A stretch of DNA of 64,000 bases from Bacteroidales bacterium UBA755 (GTDB lineage Bacteria > Bacteroidota > Bacteroidia > Bacteroidales > UBA932), in contig DBKH01000101.1 of the NCBI GenBank assembly GCA_002297815.1, positions 10,454 to 74,453 on the forward strand, in the 5' to 3' direction. Below are positions 59,942 to 64,000 of this stretch, piece by piece. Below the pieces are notes generated by a model. It saw only the letters and a program-made list of their open reading frames with translations. It was not told the origin of the DNA and did no database searches. A program made the translations under genes and the position numbers. How positions within the stretch are numbered: the stretch's first letter is position 1; the number at the start of each line of letters is the position of its first letter.

Positions 59942-61492
59942 ATGAAAAACATACTTAAAATATCCATCGCGGCCCTGTTAGGTATCATGCTTATAGCTTC
60001 CTGCTCAAAGGACTACATGAACACCACCCCGACGAGTTCTACCGCGACACCTACTATCTTTGAGAGCACTGAAAATGCGGCCCTTGCGGTTAACGGCATC
60101 TGCAAACTCATGTCAAGGCAGTATCTCAGCTCGCAAGGTTTCAACGGGGAGGGAACAATCAAGTTATATACCGGTGAATATTCTGGAGATAACCTCATCG
60201 TAAACCTGCCAGGTTGGGCTTCCGTCATCAATGCAACAATGCATGACAACAAGACCAGCATCTACAATTACTTCAATTGGTACTACTACTACATGTTGAT
60301 CGGCAACGCCAATGCCATCATACTCAACATTGACAACGCTAAAGGAGACGAGACTGAAAAACAGTTCATCAAAGCACAGGCCTTGTCATTCAGGGCTTAC
60401 AGCTACATGATGCTGCTTCAGGTTTACTGCGTTCGTTGGGGAGATTCCAGCAATGGAGCCGCTGATGGTGTAGTGCTTCGTCTTGACACATCAACAGACG
60501 AGATGCCACTCAGCACCATGGCCGACTGCTACAAGCAGATTTATGATGACCTTGATGAGGCAATAACCCTTTTTACCACATCGGAATTGAAACCAGAGTC
60601 TGATGACAATTACTCTCCGAACATTGACATGGCCTATGCCACATACGCACGCGCTGCCCTCAACAGACAGGACTACGCAAAGGCGTTGGAAATGGCGGCC
60701 AAGGCCCGCGCTGACCATCCTTTGATGTCCAACAGTGAATACAAGAGCGGTTTCAGCGCTCCAAACAATGAATGGATCTGGAGTTGCTACGGCTCGGCCG
60801 ATGAGACTCTGTTCTACTACTCTTATTTCGCCTACATGAGTTACAATTCTTCGGCATCAGCTGTAAGAACCTATCCTAAGTGCATCAGCAAGGACATTTA
60901 CGATAAGATTCCTGAGACAGATATCCGTCGCGGAATGTTCCTTGATCCTAAGGATTATTCCTACACAAAGTCAACAGGCCTGGCCGATCCTAAGAAAGGC
61001 GGTAAGGAACTGGATGCTTATGCAAGATCCTTGTATCCTGATATTCAGGCAAGTGCTAAGGTCTATGCCTACATGAACTTCAAGTTTGCCAATTCATCTC
61101 AGCCGGGTGTCGGCCACCTGAACAACTTCCGTTCCGCTGAAATGTACCTAATCGAGGCCGAGGCGAACTACTTCCTCAAGGACGAGAAGGCCGCGCAGGC
61201 TTCCCTGAACGCCCTCACAAGGGACAGCGGACGCGACAAGGAATATAACTGCACGGCCACCGGCACAGCCCTTCTTGACGAGATCAAGCTTTACCGCAAG
61301 ATAGAACTCTTCGGTGAAGGCTTCAACTGGTTCGACCTCAAGCGCTGGGGTGATTCTTTGAACAGGACTTCCACAGAAAAAGGAGGCAACTACATCACAG
61401 CTCTCGCTGTTTCTTACGGTCCACAGGAAAGAAACAACTGGACATGGGTGATTCCATCAAGAGAGACTGACTACAACAAGCTCATAAAATAA
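59942..61492 (+). CDS. SusD/RagB lipoprotein
   Basis: Lipobox ASC, RSAEMYLIEAEA and RKIELFGEG..WFDLKR. Confidence 0.95.
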   Translation: MKNILKISIAALLGIMLIASCSKDYMNTTPTSSTATPTIFESTENAALAVNGICKLMSRQYLSSQGFNGEGTIKLYTGEYSGDNLIVNLPGWASVINATMHDNKTSIYNYFNWYYYYMLIGNANAIILNIDNAKGDETEKQFIKAQALSFRAYSYMMLLQVYCVRWGDSSNGAADGVVLRLDTSTDEMPLSTMADCYKQIYDDLDEAITLFTTSELKPESDDNYSPNIDMAYATYARAALNRQDYAKALEMAAKARADHPLMSNSEYKSGFSAPNNEWIWSCYGSADETLFYYSYFAYMSYNSSASAVRTYPKCISKDIYDKIPETDIRRGMFLDPKDYSYTKSTGLADPKKGGKELDAYARSLYPDIQASAKVYAYMNFKFANSSQPGVGHLNNFRSAEMYLIEAEANYFLKDEKAAQASLNALTRDSGRDKEYNCTATGTALLDEIKLYRKIELFGEGFNWFDLKRWGDSLNRTSTEKGGNYITALAVSYGPQERNNWTWVIPSRETDYNKLIK

Positions 61493-61511
61493 ACCCAACC
61501 CATAAGCAAAG

Positions 61512-61546
61512 AAAAACCGGGATTCCTGAAAAAGGTCCCGGTTTTT
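61512..61546. terminator. Bidirectional terminator
   Basis: aaaaaccggga..tcccggttttt between convergent genes. Confidence 0.8.
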
Positions 61547-61571
61547 GTTAAAGTTGTACTTTAGCAAAAAA

Positions 61572-61805
61572 TCACTTGAGTATCCTGCGTTTGAATAGTC
61601 TTACGGCCACAAGAAGCAATTTTTCCACCGGTACGAAAGCCGAAAGCCCTCGTAGGCCGGAGAACAGCAAGTTGGAAGGCGTAAGCGCTTCCTTGACATC
61701 CGACAGAGACTCACGCAAAAGGAACCTTCTACGCTCCAAACGTTCCCGAACATTTTTCTGAGCCGACTCAAGCTCATCCATTGTCTTGATTTCAGAGTAT
61801 CGCAT
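61572..61805 (-). CDS. Small hypothetical protein
   Basis: Third gene of a tight operon; coiled-coil N-terminus and basic tail. Confidence 0.7.
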   Translation of the reverse strand: MRYSEIKTMDELESAQKNVRERLERRRFLLRESLSDVKEALTPSNLLFSGLRGLSAFVPVEKLLLVAVRLFKRRILK

Positions 61806-61808
61806 AGC

Positions 61809-62159
61809 CTATTTGTCTTCGTCAAAAAACAGTTTGATAAACATCGGAACAAAAGTATTGCGGAAAAGCCTCTTCCTCAGCATGATAACAATCGTCAAAA
61901 TCACCGCAAACACCGCCGCTATAATCCCGGCCCCGGCTGCATAACTGCTTATCATCTCCCCTATCCACATCACCCCTCCGATGGCCACAGCCGTCAGGAT
62001 GACAGACACGATAAAGAGGACAAGAAGCATGTAGAGCAACTTGCCAAGCGTAAGGGAAAGCCCTTTGGCAGTTCTTAATTTAAGGTCATCAATCCTGGCC
62101 TCGACATAGTCAGCTGTGTTCTTGCCAAGGTCCTCTAAAGGTTTAGTGAACTCACTCAT
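61809..62159 (-). CDS. Holin-X/YqjE-like membrane protein
   Basis: DYVEARIDDLKL followed by two TMs and a basic tail. Confidence 0.75.
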   Translation of the reverse strand: MSEFTKPLEDLGKNTADYVEARIDDLKLRTAKGLSLTLGKLLYMLLVLFIVSVILTAVAIGGVMWIGEMISSYAAGAGIIAAVFAVILTIVIMLRKRLFRNTFVPMFIKLFFDEDK

Positions 62160-62161
62160 TG

Positions 62162-62476
62162 TCAAACGTTTTCGGATTGTCTTTCGGCATATTCAATGTC
62201 CTTCTGAATGGCACTTTCGAGTTTTTCCAGCCGCTCGAAAATCCTCATCCTGACATCCTCTCTCAGATCCTCTGCTTTATCTTTCAACTCAGCCTTCAGT
62301 TCTTCGATTTCTGTTTTTGCAGACTCAGCACGATTCTTTATAGAATCAACGGCATCTCCGGTGGCCTCTTTCAGTTTCCTACGTGTTTCCTCCCCCTTCT
62401 CTGGAGCGAACAAAAGTCCAAGGGTCAGCCCGGCAGCAGCCCCCGCGATAAACGCAAATAATGAATCTCCTTTCAT
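62162..62476 (-). CDS. YtxH domain protein
   Basis: FIAGAAAG...GLLFAPEKGEETRRKL. Confidence 0.9.
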   Translation of the reverse strand: MKGDSLFAFIAGAAAGLTLGLLFAPEKGEETRRKLKEATGDAVDSIKNRAESAKTEIEELKAELKDKAEDLREDVRMRIFERLEKLESAIQKDIEYAERQSENV

Positions 62477-62516
62477 AACATTTGATTTTCACAAATATAA
62501 TGAAAATCACGTTACA

Positions 62517-64000
62517 TTATTTTCTTACAGGAGAACATTGGACACCGAGGAGCTTCAATGCGGAGACGAGCTCGGTGGTGACAGCGACCTTGTACTTGGT
62601 GGAATGGAACTCGATTTTGTACTTGGTCTGCGGATCATATAGGTACATCTTCAGAGGAACGGTTCCCCTGTTTGCCTGAATCAGAGAGACGAGATCCTTG
62701 CGGAACTTTTCGGTGAGCATCGGGGTAGTGATGCTGATGGAAAATGCGTTCAGCATCGCCTCGTTGACATTGCCCAGAAGCATTATCTTCTTCACTCTGA
62801 AAGCGTAAGGCGAAGTCTTGCCTTGGGCGCGCTCCTCAGGCTTGATGAAGTATTTCTCCTCGATGTCACCCTCGATGTAAAGGCTCTCGTGAGGCTTCAT
62901 GTAATTCATGAACGCTTCATGATCCCGACCGAACAGGACCAACTCGTAGGCCCCGCTGTAATCCTCCAGTTTGGTTTTTGAATATGGCTTGCCAGTCTTG
63001 GTGGTCAAGGTGGAATATTCAGTGACAAGGCCAGCTACGGCAACCTTCATCTTCTTCTTGGAGGCCTCGCAATCAGCCACCTGTTTGTTCAGATTGGCAA
63101 GTTCACAGTTTGTAAAACTCTCCATCTCAAACGCATACTTGTCCAGAGGATGAGAGGAGATGTACATCCCGACATATTCCTTTTCCTTCTGGAGCCACTC
63201 GAATTCATCGTCCGCGCTGACCATTTCAGGAATTTCTGGCCGAACAGGCTTCATCTCCTCCACCTCGCCAAAGAGCGAAGCCGCAGAGTTGGCTGCGTCC
63301 TGACAATAAAGAGTGGCATACCTAGCGAGCTCATCAATGAACAGGTTGCCGCTGCGGCAAGGCAGGAAGAACTGCTTGCGCCTAATGCCGAAGGAATCGA
63401 AACCTCCTGAATATACAAGGCACTCTATTGCCTTCCTACCCAAGGAATTGCCAAGTCTCTCAACAAAATCGAATATGTCCGCGTACATTCCATTAGCGGT
63501 TCTGTCCGCAATGATTGCCTCAGCCACATTGGAACCGAAACTTCTGATTCCTTTCAAACCGAAACGGATGTTGCCCTCCTTGTTCACGGTGAAATGTGAA
63601 TATGATTCATTCACATCCGGGTTCAACACCTTGATTTTATGAGCCTTGCAATCCGTCAGAATCTTCTTGATCTCCGGCATGTTAGACAGGTTGCAGGAGA
63701 GGTTGGCGGCAAAGAACTCAGCGGGATAGTGGCACTTCAGCCAGCCGGTCTGGTAGGAAACCCAAGCGTAACAGGTGGCGTGAGACTTGTTGAAGGCGTA
63801 CTGAGCGAACTTCTCCCAGTCCTTCCAGATCTTGTCCAGCATCTTCTCCGGATGTCCGTTGGCCTTACCTCCCTCCATGAACTTGTCCTTGAGTTCATTC
63901 AGGATGGCGATCTGCTTCTTACCCATCGCCTTACGGAGTTTGTCCGCCTGTCCCTTCGTGAATCCGGCCAGTTTCTGGGAAAGAAGCATCACCTGCTCCT
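62517..64000 (-). CDS. dnaE: DNA polymerase III alpha subunit (5' part outside window)
   Basis: ADKLRKAMGKK, YAFNKSHATCY, IRFGL and G.Y.S.HPL, plus an OB fold. Confidence 0.97.
   Translation of the reverse strand, partial: EQVMLLSQKLAGFTKGQADKLRKAMGKKQIAILNELKDKFMEGGKANGHPEKMLDKIWKDWEKFAQYAFNKSHATCYAWVSYQTGWLKCHYPAEFFAANLSCNLSNMPEIKKILTDCKAHKIKVLNPDVNESYSHFTVNKEGNIRFGLKGIRSFGSNVAEAIIADRTANGMYADIFDFVERLGNSLGRKAIECLVYSGGFDSFGIRRKQFFLPCRSGNLFIDELARYATLYCQDAANSAASLFGEVEEMKPVRPEIPEMVSADDEFEWLQKEKEYVGMYISSHPLDKYAFEMESFTNCELANLNKQVADCEASKKKMKVAVAGLVTEYSTLTTKTGKPYSKTKLEDYSGAYELVLFGRDHEAFMNYMKPHESLYIEGDIEEKYFIKPEERAQGKTSPYAFRVKKIMLLGNVNEAMLNAFSISITTPMLTEKFRKDLVSLIQANRGTVPLKMYLYDPQTKYKIEFHSTKYKVAVTTELVSALKLLGVQCSPVRK

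Noticed and set aside
61572..62476. Holin-like gene as a prophage signal
   Set aside because: It sits in a YtxH/holin-X/small-protein operon next to dnaE, with no lysin, integrase or structural genes.

Overview
A 64-kb, mostly core chromosomal segment of a Bacteroidales bacterium. The assignment is inferred from SusC/SusD, TAnnTTTG promoters and gene content; it resembles gut/rumen lineages. The window runs from a 5'-truncated uvrA to a 5'-truncated dnaE. It carries a divergent sugar-catabolism locus (ROK kinase and MFS versus PHP, an aldolase-SDR fusion and a double aldolase), two TolC efflux operons, pheS, four peptidases, an N-domain-less ClpB, secG, an LptE-family gene, buk, metX, ispF, an orphan sdhC, trpB2, three tRNAs and a SusCD pair. 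An accessory block at about 44.1-54.6 kb holds a C10 protease/DUF4249/TonB-receptor trio and a Type III-like res-mod pair. The most unusual signal is non-coding: several families of small palindromic repeats with no transposase in the window. (i) A 70-bp hairpin with compensatory stem changes brackets the res-mod pair in inverted orientation. (ii) A 230-280 bp element with a covarying Y-shaped hairpin occurs three times. (iii) A 20-bp REP-like unit sits in frame inside two proteins, once with a nested second repeat. There is also a candidate sRNA and a candidate sigma-54 promoter for clpB. All calls come from reading the sequence; no searches were run.
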